A stretch of DNA of 39,790 nucleotides. Origin: Octopus bimaculoides. Lineage: Eukaryota. Positions 1-11,764 of the stretch are shown one piece after another; the first letter of the stretch is position 1; each line of letters begins with the position of its first letter. The position numbers and the translations under genes were made by a program. The notes beneath the pieces are model-generated. The model made no database searches. It was given only the letters and a program-made list of their open reading frames with translations, and was not told the DNA's origin. The DNA lies in assembly GCF_001194135.2 (NCBI RefSeq), contig NC_069002.1, positions 33,556,188 through 33,595,977 on the forward strand. Direction: 5' to 3'.

Positions 1-101
1 AGTCTCGGACCGACCAAAACCTTGTAGACGGAAACTGAAAGAAGCCCGTCGTATATATATATAAATGTGTGTATGTATATGTATATCTATATGCATATAT
101 G

Positions 102-132
<31 letters not shown>

Positions 133-170
133 CTATCTATCAATGTATATATATATATATATATATGTAT
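1..170 (+). mobile_element. Internal fragment of tRNA-derived SINE family B running into its internal TA/TATG microsatellite
   Basis: 1-52 (ggaccgaccaaaaccttgtagacggaaactgaaagaagcccgtcgtatat) matches 27400-27465 and the reverse complement of 12000-12065. Confidence 0.75.
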
Positions 171-409
171 AACTGTTAGATAGTATCGTTTATGAAGCCG
201 AATCGATATACATCCCAAGAAGTATACAATATGTATTTCATTAAGATAAGTTCACCACACCTCCCCACCACGTAACTTGCTCCTAAGAGTTGTTGTAAAC
301 TGATAATTAATACATACCTGACTCTACCTAACCACAACCTATTTACAAGATGGAACAATATTGACAGCTGCTTACTAATTGCTTAATTGCTACTGCAATA
401 TTAAAATGT

Positions 410-463
410 GTGTGTGTATATATATATGCTTTTATTTACGAATGTACATGTATATGTATATGT

Positions 464-499
<36 letters not shown>

Positions 500-536
500 T
501 TGTATGTATGTATATATGTATATATATAAATATATG

Positions 537-622
<86 letters not shown>

Positions 623-625
623 CGC
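410..625. repeat. (TA)n/(TG)n microsatellite
   Basis: Direct reading; it generates the YIYI ORFs. Confidence 0.95.
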
Positions 626-1455
626 AAGTGCTTAAATGAGTATACACTGTATTAACGTTCTCTAATGTTCTGTTATTCATTATGTCAATTAAATGACAAA
701 GAATTATTATCAATTTAGACATAAATTGTACTAATTTATCAAATATAATTATTAATGCTTGTTTTAGAGATAACTTGTATTGGTACTTCTCTGCTAATTT
801 ATGCCTGGTCATCAGTAGTGTACTTTTACGTAATGAATTTGTGATTAATTATCTGCATTTTCGCAGCAGTTACTACCTTTGAGTGTATGTTAGGGCTATG
901 TCACCGAAGTTTGTGATAATTACATAATAACTATTAAATCAGCTGTTTCGAACATCGTGCCAAGATTTTAAGAAATTCTTTGTGGAATCTGAATTATAAA
1001 CCAAATATATAACTATGCATATTAATCCGTAAGTTGAGCTTTTCATAACTACCGTTGTGTATGTACTGCAATTATTATCTGGTAGTAAGCCTATCGCCCC
1101 CATATCGCTATTGAATTAATAGCCAGTCAGTACACTGTCAGTTTTCCAGCTGCTTGTTGATAAAGAAAAGGAAGGCCGCGCTTTCTAATTGATCAGAAAG
1201 TTAGTGTATAAGATTACGTGCAGACAAAATGCTAGATGGGAACACTCCAGACGGTATAACTTGCCTGCATGCAATATGGATGTTGTATGACTACGTGGGT
1301 CAATTTTTGTTCGGCTAACACACAGCATATAACATACACACATCATATAACATATACAGCTATTAAATATGAAATTCGTGGGTGCTTCTTTGGAATACAT
1401 TAGAAATAACTGATGTGGCCTCGAGATAACACCTCCAACGCTACAGACAACTTAC

Positions 1456-1590
1456 AGATCATCAGTACCCTTACTATTGGTGACATTTAAATGATGCAAA
1501 GTATTCTTCAGAGGCCTCTTCAACTGCCTGTCCATCAAAAGAGTTAATGAGTTGTAGGGGCACGATATTTCGTTATGCAACCACAATATA
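1456..1590 (-). CDS. Candidate internal coding exon, unknown product (ILWLHNEISCPYNSLTLLMDRQLKRPLKNTLHHLNVTNSKGTDD), phase 2/2
   Basis: Minus strand: acttgtag| acceptor, 135 nt with one fully open frame, |gtaagt donor; no homology recognised. Confidence 0.4.
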
Positions 1591-1658
1591 CTACAAGTAT
1601 GTATATGTTTTATAAATGAATTCCGTGTTCTATTCCTTTAGCCGTACTTCACTTGCTA

Positions 1659-1867
1659 AGGTTATCTCTATAGATTTTTCGATAGAAATTATAGCCAAAA
1701 CTGATTTTACTACGGGATTTCGTATACGGGATGCCCGATGTATATACGTCAAACATTTCATCGTCGATTTTATTGTCGGTGTTTACATCTGGTGTCTCGG
1801 ATGGGAAAAGTCGTTACAAAATTATTACTGGCTATAATTTCTATAGGAAAACATTTGGCGATAACCT
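1659..1867. mobile_element. MITE-like element with nested imperfect terminal inverted repeats
   Basis: aggttatc (1659-1666)/gataacct (1860-1867) and atagaaattatagcca (1682-1697)/tggctataatttctat (1829-1844) are exact inverted pairs. Confidence 0.45.
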
Positions 1868-2705
1868 CATTTAAAGAGTGTGACTCTAAAGTACCACCCG
1901 TTGCATAGATTCTGAAGATATTAGAATTTCCTATAATGTCTACTTTTGTTATGTCGAACGAAGCTTAAAGAAGTTCATATTGTATCTTCTTTAGCGTACA
2001 CAAACGGGCAATTAAATGATGTTATCCACAGACGTAGATACAACAAAACAGACTAATTCTAGATTAATTTAAATTGAATCGCACTCAGGGAAGGTTATAT
2101 TGTAATGAATCTCAATGTGATGAATACGGAATATTAACTTGGAACGTGGTGTATAGAAACGTCGTCGAAGCCAATGTAAATAATATAGGATCTATATAGT
2201 AAATTTTTGGAATATGAAATAAAATATAGTTGAAAGTAAAAAAAATTAGAGGAACGTCATTAAATATTTATTCACCAAGTGTTCGCTGAGAAAGCCGTCA
2301 GAGGCTTCAATAATTTACCGCATGAAAGAGAGACAAAGGCATCTATTTTGTTTTCAAAATGAATGTAGAACGAAGGTTTACTTGTTAGATACTTTCAGAT
2401 ATTCTATATTATTAAAATGAATATCATTTATGTGAAAGATATGAATTGTAAATGAGCTAAAATTTTGAAATTCATATATTCTCTCTCTATGGCGGTAATA
2501 TAAAAGTACACATGAAGCTCCAAGTGGTGACAGGTCGCACAATGAAAATAATCGTTCCTTCATAGAAATTTAATGAATTCTACATAAAAAGATGCATATA
2601 ATTGATGTATCTATGTTTCAGTTCTATATTTAGGAGATGAGGAATTATGTATACATTATTTACATTATTTACATTCGAGGGATATTTGTCCTCATGTTGA
2701 TTGTT

Positions 2706-2751
2706 AACACAACGTTTCAGCTGATATACTCTCCATCCTTCTTCAGGTGTC
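2706..2751 (-). ncRNA. Minimal type I hammerhead ribozyme motif (PLE-associated, degenerate)
   Basis: Minus strand GACAC-CUGAAGA-A-GGAUG(gagaguauau)CAGCU-GAA-ACGU-U-GUGUU: helix I GACAC/GUGUU, palindromic ACGU helix III. Confidence 0.65.
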
Positions 2752-2818
2752 CTGGGGAAATTTCAAACCTGGGTACTCATTCTAAGGTATTTTTCAATGT
2801 TTTTATAATTATTATACA

Positions 2819-2891
2819 GGTCACTGCTTCGAGTCGATCTCAGAATTTTGGGGTTAGTAGCCCGTGCCCTTAACCACTACGCCATGTGCCC
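2819..2891 (-). other. tRNA-like (Pol III A/B box) module inside the PLE remnant
   Basis: GGGCACA-TGGCGTAGTGG (A box)...CT-ACT-AA loop...GAGATCGACTC (B-box-like)...GTGACC; 73 nt. Confidence 0.6.
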
Positions 2892-2920
2892 GTAGGCAAT
2901 TATTGAGTGATTTTGAGGGC

Positions 2921-3330
2921 TTATAAATCTAATATTTCTCTATCCTTCCTTAATATCCGTTCCATTATGCTGCTCATATCTGCACTCGGTCTGCTTAGGA
3001 GGCTGTTGTGTCCTAGCATATGTGCTGCTTCTTTAGTTTTCGTACTTTCCAGTGGTGTTCTCTGTCTATTATTTTAACTTCATCCCGCAGGGGGAGCTAC
3101 CCGATTTATCAATATCTCCTCGTATGACAGCGTTGCGATGTTCATCTACCCTTATTTTGAGGGGGCAACGTGTTTCGCCTTTGTATAACCTACTACAGTT
3201 GCATGGTGGTTTTACTCGAAGGAGATATTTGCGAAGTGTTGTAATACTCTTGAAAACTGCCTTGATGTCATATGGGCCGCATATCTTTTGTATCTTTTCG
3301 GAGAGGCCTTTCACATACCCTGAACACCGG
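2921..3330 (-). pseudogene. Decayed PLE GIY-YIG endonuclease domain (frameshifts; first catalytic strand deleted)
   Basis: CxC..Y.GET.R.L..R..EH motif present; the upstream VY.IP segment is missing between KPP and CNC. Confidence 0.8.
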
Positions 3331-3429
3331 CCGAGTATACGTGTGGAGACAGTTAAAAGAAGCAGTTGACCTAGACTGCTTTCTTCTAACTGTTTAACAT
3401 GGAGACGGATCTGTGATGACCTTGAAGGC

Positions 3430-3822
3430 TATATTTTGGAAATCCGCCGGCTCAATGGTTTCCTTTCATTGAAGAATTAATAGTCAAGACTATTTAACCA
3501 TTTTATCTGATCAAATTCACGCTATGGTTGCGGAACTGTTTCCAGAGTAAAACACAATCATTCACTATGATAATGCACTAGATAACACAGCTAAAACTTT
3601 TAGTGAATGGAACGAGGAACATTCTAGTGAAGTTGAGTATCTTATCTGAGTACCGTAGTCCACAGATCTCAATATTATTGAACATTTCTTTGGAAGAAAT
3701 TCAAACATTGTACGAGTTCGTGCCTCGTAGAATTCAAGCTGTAATTACCGCCGAAGTCGATCCTACCCCATAAAGTTTGCTTCAAATTTTAAGGTACTTC
3801 CATTATTTTGTATAACCCCCTG
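3430..3822 (+). mobile_element. Tc1-family DNA transposon 3' remnant with right TIR and TA target
   Basis: DNALDNTAKTFSEWNEEHSSEVEYLI*VP*STDLNIIEH and LYEFVPRRIQAVITAEVDPTP*; ends ttttgtataaccccctg|TA. Confidence 0.8.
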
Positions 3823-3865
3823 TACACACACACACACACACACACACCCACGCACACGCACACGC

Positions 3866-4246
3866 NNNNNNNNNNNNNNNNNNNNNNNNNNNNNNNNNNN
3901 NNNNNNNNNNNNNNNNNNNNNNNNNNNNNNNNNNNNNNNNNNNNNNNNNNNNNNNNNNNNNNNNNNNNNNNNNNNNNNNNNNNNNNNNNNNNNNNNNNNN
4001 NNNNNNNNNNNNNNNNNNNNNNNNNNNNNNNNNNNNNNNNNNNNNNNNNNNNNNNNNNNNNNNNNNNNNNNNNNNNNNNNNNNNNNNNNNNNNNNNNNNN
4101 NNNNNNNNNNNNNNNNNNNNNNNNNNNNNNNNNNNNNNNNNNNNNNNNNNNNNNNNNNNNNNNNNNNNNNNNNNNNNNNNNNNNNNNNNNNNNNNNNNNN
4201 NNNNNNNNNNNNNNNNNNNNNNNNNNNNNNNNNNNNNNNNNNNNNN
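3866..4246. other. Assembly gap. Others: 13453-13883, 15801-16129, 16569-17550, 25870-26144, 31682-32447, 33708-33789, 38267-38910
   Basis: N runs, each bordered by (CA), (GA) or (TA) repeats on at least one side. Confidence 0.99.
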
Positions 4247-4289
<43 letters not shown>

Positions 4290-4978
4290 GGACAGGGAGA
4301 GAATGAAACAGATAATGACAGAGAACTATGCTGCATTCAAAATTTATTTGCTCGTCTGTAGCATACCAAACACATTCGATGCTTCCAGTGTTTGTCGATA
4401 GTTTTTTTTTTTGTAGCTGGTTATCAATTTACTATTTCAGTAATCAAAACATTGCGATGTTTCTCCGGAAATCTTTCGCCTATTTTTCTTTTTCCAGCGT
4501 AACTAAAATTACAGATAATTTCCAGTAATGTTTCGGCGATGAAGCTGATATCCAAATAATTCGTAATCAAATATTATTCCGAAATGTTGTTCTCACAAAT
4601 GTTATTGTAGTTGTTATTGTTGTTGGTGTTATCATCTTCTAGTTCTTCATTCCTTTATGCATTAGTTTCTTTGTAATTAAAAACAGACTTAATTAATACA
4701 AATGCAGTATATGTGCCACCTGTAATAAGACTCCATTAGCAAAGCGATATGCATGAGAAAAAAGAAATTCAGCGAGCCATTAAGGAGGAGATAAAAACTA
4801 CAATTAACACAAATTACAGCAATCAATGGCAAAAATATATAAATTTAAATTTATATATGAATATTTGCAAGAATGTATTCTTAAAATCATAGACTTCCTT
4901 TAACCAGAAAGATGTACATGCATACATATATGTATTTATGTGTGCATATATGTATGTATATATGTATGTATGAATGTG

Positions 4979-5009
<31 letters not shown>

Positions 5010-5311
5010 ATATGCACGCAGCATATATAGTATTTGTCATGCACATGTACGTTGATGCATGTGGGAACATATGTTCGCCAATATCTCTGCATAATTCTGC
5101 CATAGCTTATGTAAACATAAACTATTTATACCCAAATTATTCGTACTTATGTACACTCACACAGACGAATATACAAACAATCACACAAGACATCACGCAC
5201 CCTAACGCACATAATCACACACACGCACAACTCACTCACATATATGTATATCTATACATGTATCTATATATGTTGGGACATATACATATATAATATGATT
5301 CATTTATATAT

Positions 5312-5366
<55 letters not shown>

Positions 5367-5467
5367 CATGTTTTTACGTATACATACACAAACATCAATA
5401 TGTATATGTTTGCATATATATGCATACACCTGTATTTACAGAAACTTATGTATATATATATATATAA

Positions 5468-5711
5468 GCGGATACCCCCTTCGGTCATGGATGACCAGGG
5501 GATTGCACCTAGAAAGTTACCCTCCGAGGCACAAGTCCGGGCGGTGTTGTCTATCGAACACTAGCAGTCGCCCATGCATACCAGCGTCGCTTCTCCACGA
5601 TACTGGTATCATACAAGAGAAATACCAAGCCCGATAGAGTTTGGCACCAACGAAGTCGCAACTCATTTCTATAACTCAGTGAACGGGAGCAACGTGAAAT
5701 AAAGTGTCTTG
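5468..5711 (-). mobile_element. Headless body of a further SINE family (D)
   Basis: GC-richer island resembling a cephalopod SINE body as I recall it (caagacactttatttcacgttgctcc on minus); no second copy in the window to confirm. Confidence 0.45.
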
Positions 5712-5833
5712 ACTTTGCTTTCATCGCTTCGGGGTTGATAAAGTAAGTGTCACTTGGTCTCTGGGTATCGACATAATGGAGTTATCGCCCCCCCCCCACG
5801 AAGCTGCTGGCCTTCTGGTATAATTTTAGACCA
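5710..5833 (+). mobile_element. SINE family A body and tail, head missing
   Basis: gactttgctttcatcgcttcggggttgataaa...tgctggcctt matches the reverse complement of 9480-9600 and 9145-9270. Confidence 0.75.
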
Positions 5834-6777
5834 ATATGAATTCGATTAATATCAATTGATACAACTTAGTGTTAATTTGTTAGTTTTGCGAAATTTGTGA
5901 CTAAGACACTTTTAGTGTCATAATAAAAGAACTATAAGAAAAGCTCCTCTATGTATGTATCCATTAATTTTTAACAGCTTGCGTATTCACAGAAGAAATA
6001 TAGTTCCAGAAATATTCGCTCTATTATGTCTACTAAACATATGAAACGAGAGAAAACAGACGAGAAAATGGCGTAAGACACTTAAAAATGTGTAATTTAC
6101 TTTATGATTTCGGCAATAAATTTTCTTGTACTTACTTTTCATTATATTAAACATCAATTTTAGAGAATAAATTGTTTTCGTGATAGATTCAGTCCTTTAT
6201 TATTTCTACCTATTATGTTGTTTTTAAAATAGTCTTTTGTTTTTCATTTACAATTTTTAATATTTTACTTGTTATTTATTTATTTGTTTGTTTTTTTCAT
6301 TATAACCGTTTCTTTTTCGTATGATTATTCTTGATATATATTAATTTATATCTTTCTGATTGATAATGTCTTATTACTCTATATTTGATTAATTATTTTT
6401 CCTTCATCCCAAGAAAGCTTTATCTTTTTTCGTTTTTATTATCCGCTTCTTTCAAGAATTTCTTTTGCTTTAATTTTTTAACTGAACCAATCTTATTTTA
6501 ATTCTGTCTTTCTGTTTGTTTTAAATCCGTTGCATTTTCTAAAGGTTTCACAATCTTTTTCTCCGCATTCCCATTTATCCTGTACCTCTTTTCCCTAAGA
6601 CCTTCCCTTCATGCACTCCTAATTTTGTCTCGTTGCCTTTGCCTCGTTTTCTGTATTTTTTCCTTCCTTTTTTATCATCACTAATCTATATTTTCTTTTT
6701 ATTCAACATCCAGCTTCTTCCTTATAATTAATCTTGTCATCTTTTTATTCGTCATAGTTTTTTATTTTCGTACTCAT

Positions 6778-6827
6778 CTTCTTCTTCTTCTTCTTCTTCT
6801 TCTTCTTCTTCTCCTTCTTCTTCTTCT

Positions 6828-6874
<47 letters not shown>

Positions 6875-6885
6875 TTCTTCTTCTT

Positions 6886-6916
<31 letters not shown>

Positions 6917-6938
6917 TTCTTCTACTTCTTCTTCTTCT
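6778..6938. repeat. (CTT)n microsatellite, ~53 units, ending a long T-rich tract
   Basis: Direct reading. Confidence 0.95.
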
Positions 6939-7188
6939 TTTTCTCACTTCCTTTCCTCTTGCGTCGATTTAATCAACTACTCTCTCGTCAAACTCTTGGC
7001 CATATGCCTAAATTAGACATTATAAATTAGCAACAATTATCATAATAATAAGAAAAACAACAACAACAACAACAAAAATAGCAAAAATAATAACAGCAAC
7101 AATGATAACAACGATAATAATAATAATAATCTTCGTCGTCTTCATCATCACCATCCTTGTTGCTGCTGTTGTTATTCTTACTTTTAGT

Positions 7189-7190
<2 letters not shown>

Positions 7191-7242
<52 letters not shown>
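7191..7242. repeat. (AAT)n microsatellite within an AAC/AAT/ATC low-complexity block (7030-7260)
   Basis: Direct reading. Confidence 0.95.
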
Positions 7243-7245
<3 letters not shown>

Positions 7246-9144
7246 AATAATTGCTTATTATTCTTATTCGACTTGTCTAATTTCTCTTTTAGTTTTGTTT
7301 TTCTATCTATTATTATATTTCCCTTGTCTTCACATTCTTCATTTTCCTAGTATTCATCATTTTATTATTAATTCTACTGTATTTATTACATTGCATTTAT
7401 ATATTATTCTCGCCCCGACCGCACCCCTTTCATGTTCCTGTTCCTTGTTCATCTTGTCAATTCGGCTTTCCACACACTTTGTTTCGCATATTGAACAGTT
7501 TATTAATCAACTCGCGACGTCATTAAACAATTAAGAAATCAAAGTGAAAAGAGAAAAAGATATTAAATTTTCTCGTATTTTCTTAGTTTCTTTGTTTTCT
7601 TTTTTTTTTTTTGGTTTTTGGTATTTTGTTTCCTCTTCTACAGAACTGTTAAATGTTAATTCGGCAATTAATCTTATCTATATATCTTCGGCTATTCTTA
7701 AAATATATACCCTACACGTATAGGAATACGCACATTCATTTTTTGTACACACACACACGCACACAGACACACATATATCTGTTCATACATTCACAAATAT
7801 ATGTGTATATATATATACATACATATATATAATGTATATGCAACTTGTATCGGTATATGTATATGTAAATATACATACATATATATGTGCGCGTGTACAA
7901 GGCGTATTAAGGTATACATTTCTGCTGTCTTCGGAGGGTTACAAAATCACATACAGAAATAAACCAAAATAAAAACTATGGCAGACAATTAGTGAATGTT
8001 CAAGCGTCCAGCTATTTTCTTTTTCATTAAGCTCCGAATTTAGAAGAGAAAATTAGTTTTAGAATATATATATATATATATATATTTTTTCTTCTTTTCG
8101 TTTATTGTTGTCCCTAACTCCCATTGCTTCGTTTAGATGTCACTAATTACTTCACATTCACGTATTCACGTCCTCGCATCAATTTCTATTCATTTGTAAT
8201 TAATTTTCTTGCCTTCAGCCCAAACGACATCATCACTTTGTTTTCTTCTTTCATCTTATTTAGACGAATTGTGAGGTCCGTAATCTACATTCATTACAGC
8301 ACGTGTTATTAATCGAACTCAGCCAATGACAATTGAGCTTAATGAAGTCCACCGACATTCGAGATAAACCATAAGGAATACCGAATTCTGTAAGGGCTGA
8401 CAATAAAGCTCCTTATTAAACAACTGCTGCTGTTCTATTATTAGGGATAATAGTGCCACATCGTTAGCAGTATATGGCTAATTTTACTAATTTAACTGGT
8501 GAAGATAAAGTTAATAATACAGATGTATTGGATTATACCCACCCACACAAAATGGCGTATTACTATTGTGAAAGACATTCGTTCAGTACAATACCATCCG
8601 TCAAATCTCGGTTGGTTTCTACTCCGCCATTAATAACAACTCAGTGATATGAGGTGAGAACACCATTAACATTTCGATGTGTGTAATAATATCATTTGGT
8701 TTACCTTCTTGATTACTGTTTCATACGTGTTAATATTACTTGAATCGTTAGATTGTTTGAGAAAATGCCTCCTGTTATACGTGCCGGCTCTTTACCGTTT
8801 GATTTCAAATCCCACGAAGGACAACTTTAACTTTCAAATTAAATTATTAGCCTAAAGTTGTGGTGGATGTGATTGAAAAACACAACATACTAAATTCTAA
8901 GTCTTCTGCAATATTGTAAGCTGTAGGGATGGAGATCAAGAGAATAATTCGAAACTTGGACAAAGTCCCTTTCATTATTTATGTAACTGTTCTGAATTCT
9001 TTTTTCCCGCTGAGAACAATTTAACGATTTATGCGACCGGATTTAGTAAAATAAAGTGCTAGTCACATCCCAGGAGAAGATTCCAGTCGATTAGTCACCT
9101 TCCATGAAATTCACGTCTTTTGTTTTATAATTAGAAGTAATTAA

Positions 9145-9358
9145 TGGTTTCAAAATTTGGCACAAGGCCAGCATATTCGGGAGAATGGATAAGTCGATAA
9201 CACTGACCCCAGTGTTTAACAGATGCTTATTTTATCAAACCCAAAAGGTAAAAATGGCAAAGTCGACCTCGGCTCTACTTGAACTCAGAACGTGAAACAG
9301 ACAAAATGTCGCTATGGTTTTTACCAGGCGTGATAACAGTTCTACCAGCTCACCTCCA
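9145..9358 (-). mobile_element. tRNA-derived SINE family A, full length, diverged
   Basis: Collinear with 9475-9691, 21197-21385 and 22480-22690; A-box-like gagctggtagaac and B-box-like gagttcaag on minus. Confidence 0.85.
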
Positions 9359-9474
9359 TTAATTAAAAACAATCATTAATATTATTTCTATCTTTAGTAC
9401 ATCTTCTGTTCTCTCCAGCGGGTCATACAACTACGAGAACAGAATACATCACATTGGTTGCTGGAAGCACAAGT

Positions 9475-9691
9475 ATTCTTTTCTAAGCTAGGCACAAGGC
9501 TTGAGATTTTTGGAGAGGGAGCCAGTTGATTAGATTAACACCAATACGCAACTGATATTTAATTTATCGACCCCGAAAGGATGAAGGGCAAAGTCGACCT
9601 CGGCGGAATTTGAACTCAAAGCGTAGAGACAGACGAAATACCGCTAATTATTTCGCCCGGCATGCTAACGCTTCTGCCAGCTCACTGCCTT
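9475..9691 (-). mobile_element. tRNA-derived SINE family A, full length
   Basis: Head ggcagtgagctggcagaagcgttagc..., B box gagttcaaattcc, central domain gcccttcatcctttcggggtcgataaa. Confidence 0.9.
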
Positions 9692-9989
9692 TGAAAGAAC
9701 AAATATTGCTGACCTGATTTTTGTATGGTTCCAATAGTATGCCTTATATCATTTCGTCCTACATCGTTAAGCACTAAAGTTAGACATAAACACATTTCAT
9801 CAGGACATATAATTTCTCTGTGGAAACATATTACAGGCAACTCTTATATGCATCAGGATTTCACTTATTCACCATATTATCTACACTTGTGGGGTTTGTA
9901 TGGCTGCTTTTGAAGGCGGGAGAAGTTATAGATTCTTGTTTCAGGCAATGAATTAATTTAGTTTCTGAGCTGTTGTATAAATTCCAAGC

Positions 9990-10330
9990 TGACTATGAAG
10001 CTGTACAGTGTTCTACTCGTTTTAATCTTCAGTTATGTATTTATACCAGTAGGTGCTTATCTCCTAAAATTGTTCATTTTCACACTTCTTGCTGCATACT
10101 ACTGGGACCCGTTTTAATAGTTGCCAAGTATTGAACTAATCTTCTCCGTTTTGGGCAGTACATTTATTAATCTTTTCTTACTCGTTTATCTTCGCTCCTC
10201 CGTTTCGTGTAAAAGCTGATCGCACCTATAAATGCATGAATCCTTCCTAACCTGCCATCATCCTGTGAGATTATTCCTATCATCGTTTTCCATCTCTTCC
10301 CTTTGTCCAATTAAATCTGGCAATACTGTA
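9990..10330 (-). mobile_element. Decayed RTE-like LINE RT C-terminal fragment
   Basis: Broken frames GEEMEND..GIISQDDGRL..IHAFIGAISF resemble the IE.V..F.YLGS.IS.DG...I.ARI motif. Confidence 0.4.
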
Positions 10331-10415
10331 GCCTACCACTGCTGTGATGCATATAATTGATTACTAATTGTTGGAACGTTGCTTGCAGTTCAATAGAACA
10401 TTTAACTACCTTCAT

Positions 10416-10590
10416 ATTATTCCTTTTTTTTCTCAAAGGCGGCGAGCTGGCAGAACCGTTAGCACCGACAACAATATTTATCAGCATTCTAACCCTCTTC
10501 GCGTTCAAATTCCGTCCAGGAGAACTTTTCCTTTTGCGGTCGCTTATATATGTACCAGGTGAGCACTTGGGTTTGTCTAATCGACTTACC
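10416..10590 (+). mobile_element. SINE family A copy with internal deletions
   Basis: aaggcggcgagctggcagaaccgttagcac...gttcaaattcc...taatcgactta matches the reverse complement of 9475-9691. Confidence 0.8.
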
Positions 10591-11613
10591 CTCTGGTCTT
10601 GTGCCAAAATTTATTTGAAATCAGTACTTGTCGATCACACCCTCATCTCCATTCTATCAAAATATTTATTTGTAGTACTTTCAGAGGTTAATGCTAATAA
10701 CCTCATCATCATCGTCATCATAAACATCATCATCATCATCATCATCATAACCGGCGTCGTCGACACTGTCGTCGTCATCATCAACCTTATCACCGTCATC
10801 GTCGTCATATGACTATTATTATTAATAATGTTAGAAGCCATTCATCTGTCATATTTTGTTCATTCCTTTCTCCGCAATTCTTCATAATATTCCTAATCTT
10901 ACCATACTCCAACTCCTATTTCTCCTCCTCATTACTTGTTGTTCTTGTCGTTGTTGATGATGCATTTGTTCCTTCAGCCGTTGCTGTTGGTGTCGTCGTT
11001 GATGCTACTGTTCTGTTTTTTTTTCTTTTTTTTCTCGTTAATCTTCAAATTGTGGAATATTTTGTTTTTGTCGTTACTTCATTATCACAGGCCTGAAGGT
11101 TTGGAGACAAGCAGGAGAGAAGATGAACGTTGTACAAACTAATAAGAAATATCTACCATTTAATCAAAGTTATCAATGATATCTCATTAACAGAAAAATA
11201 ACTGCAGCATAAGAAACAGTTTGAAAGGAAAGAAACCAAACACAACAAACAACGTAAACAGTGTGATATTTTTATTTTTCTGTTTATAGAAATATGTGGA
11301 TATTAGAGAAAAACAAGGGAGTAGACATAAACACATATAATATATGTATATATATGTATATATATATAGATGTATATATTAAATGGTAATCTTCTTGTAC
11401 AGAAGTGTATGTGGTAGCCATATATACATATATACTAGACGAATATCCGTAGACAAAAAATATTCGATAAGAAACCAGAAGTAGGTACAAAGGAAATAAT
11501 ATTAATAATAATAGTATGTTAGTATTATTATGAATAATCTTACTAATATGCCCCCGCTACCATCACCACCGCCACTAATCCTCCACCTGCCTTTCCTCCT
11601 CCTCGTCCTCCTC

Positions 11614-11614
11614 T

Positions 11615-11667
<53 letters not shown>

Positions 11668-11671
11668 TTAA

Positions 11672-11709
<38 letters not shown>
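11614..11709. repeat. Compound (CTA)n(ATA)n microsatellite
   Basis: Direct reading. Confidence 0.95.
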
Positions 11710-11764
11710 GCAAATAGTTAATAGCAAATTCCTTCTATTAACACTTTTTAATTCTTATTTTATC

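Larger units (their letters stand above)
2640..3420 (-). mobile_element. Penelope-like retroelement 3' remnant: GIY-YIG endonuclease, tRNA-like module, hammerhead motif, (TACATTATT)n end
   Basis: Translation KGLSEKIQKICGPYDIKAVFKSITTLRKYLLRVKPP-CNCSRLYKGETRCPLKIRVDEHR...DREHHWKVRKLK(E)AAH is typical of PLE GIY-YIG domains. Confidence 0.85.

Noticed and set aside
310-395. Minus-strand attgcag|...cag|gtatgt exon-like segment
   Set aside because: All frames from the best acceptor hit stops; only a weak internal AG gives an open frame
408-812. ORFs rich in YI/HT/CV/RE dipeptides here and throughout, including all X-containing ORFs
   Set aside because: Translations of dinucleotide microsatellites and N-gaps
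3052-3369. 105-aa plus-strand ORF
   Set aside because: Antisense shadow of the GIY-YIG remnant
7102-7534. poly-N, poly-I and poly-L ORFs (also 10357-11142, 11530-11721)
   Set aside because: Trinucleotide repeat translations with no splice or codon support
10311-10607. 98-aa minus-strand ORF
   Set aside because: Runs through the antisense of a SINE A copy
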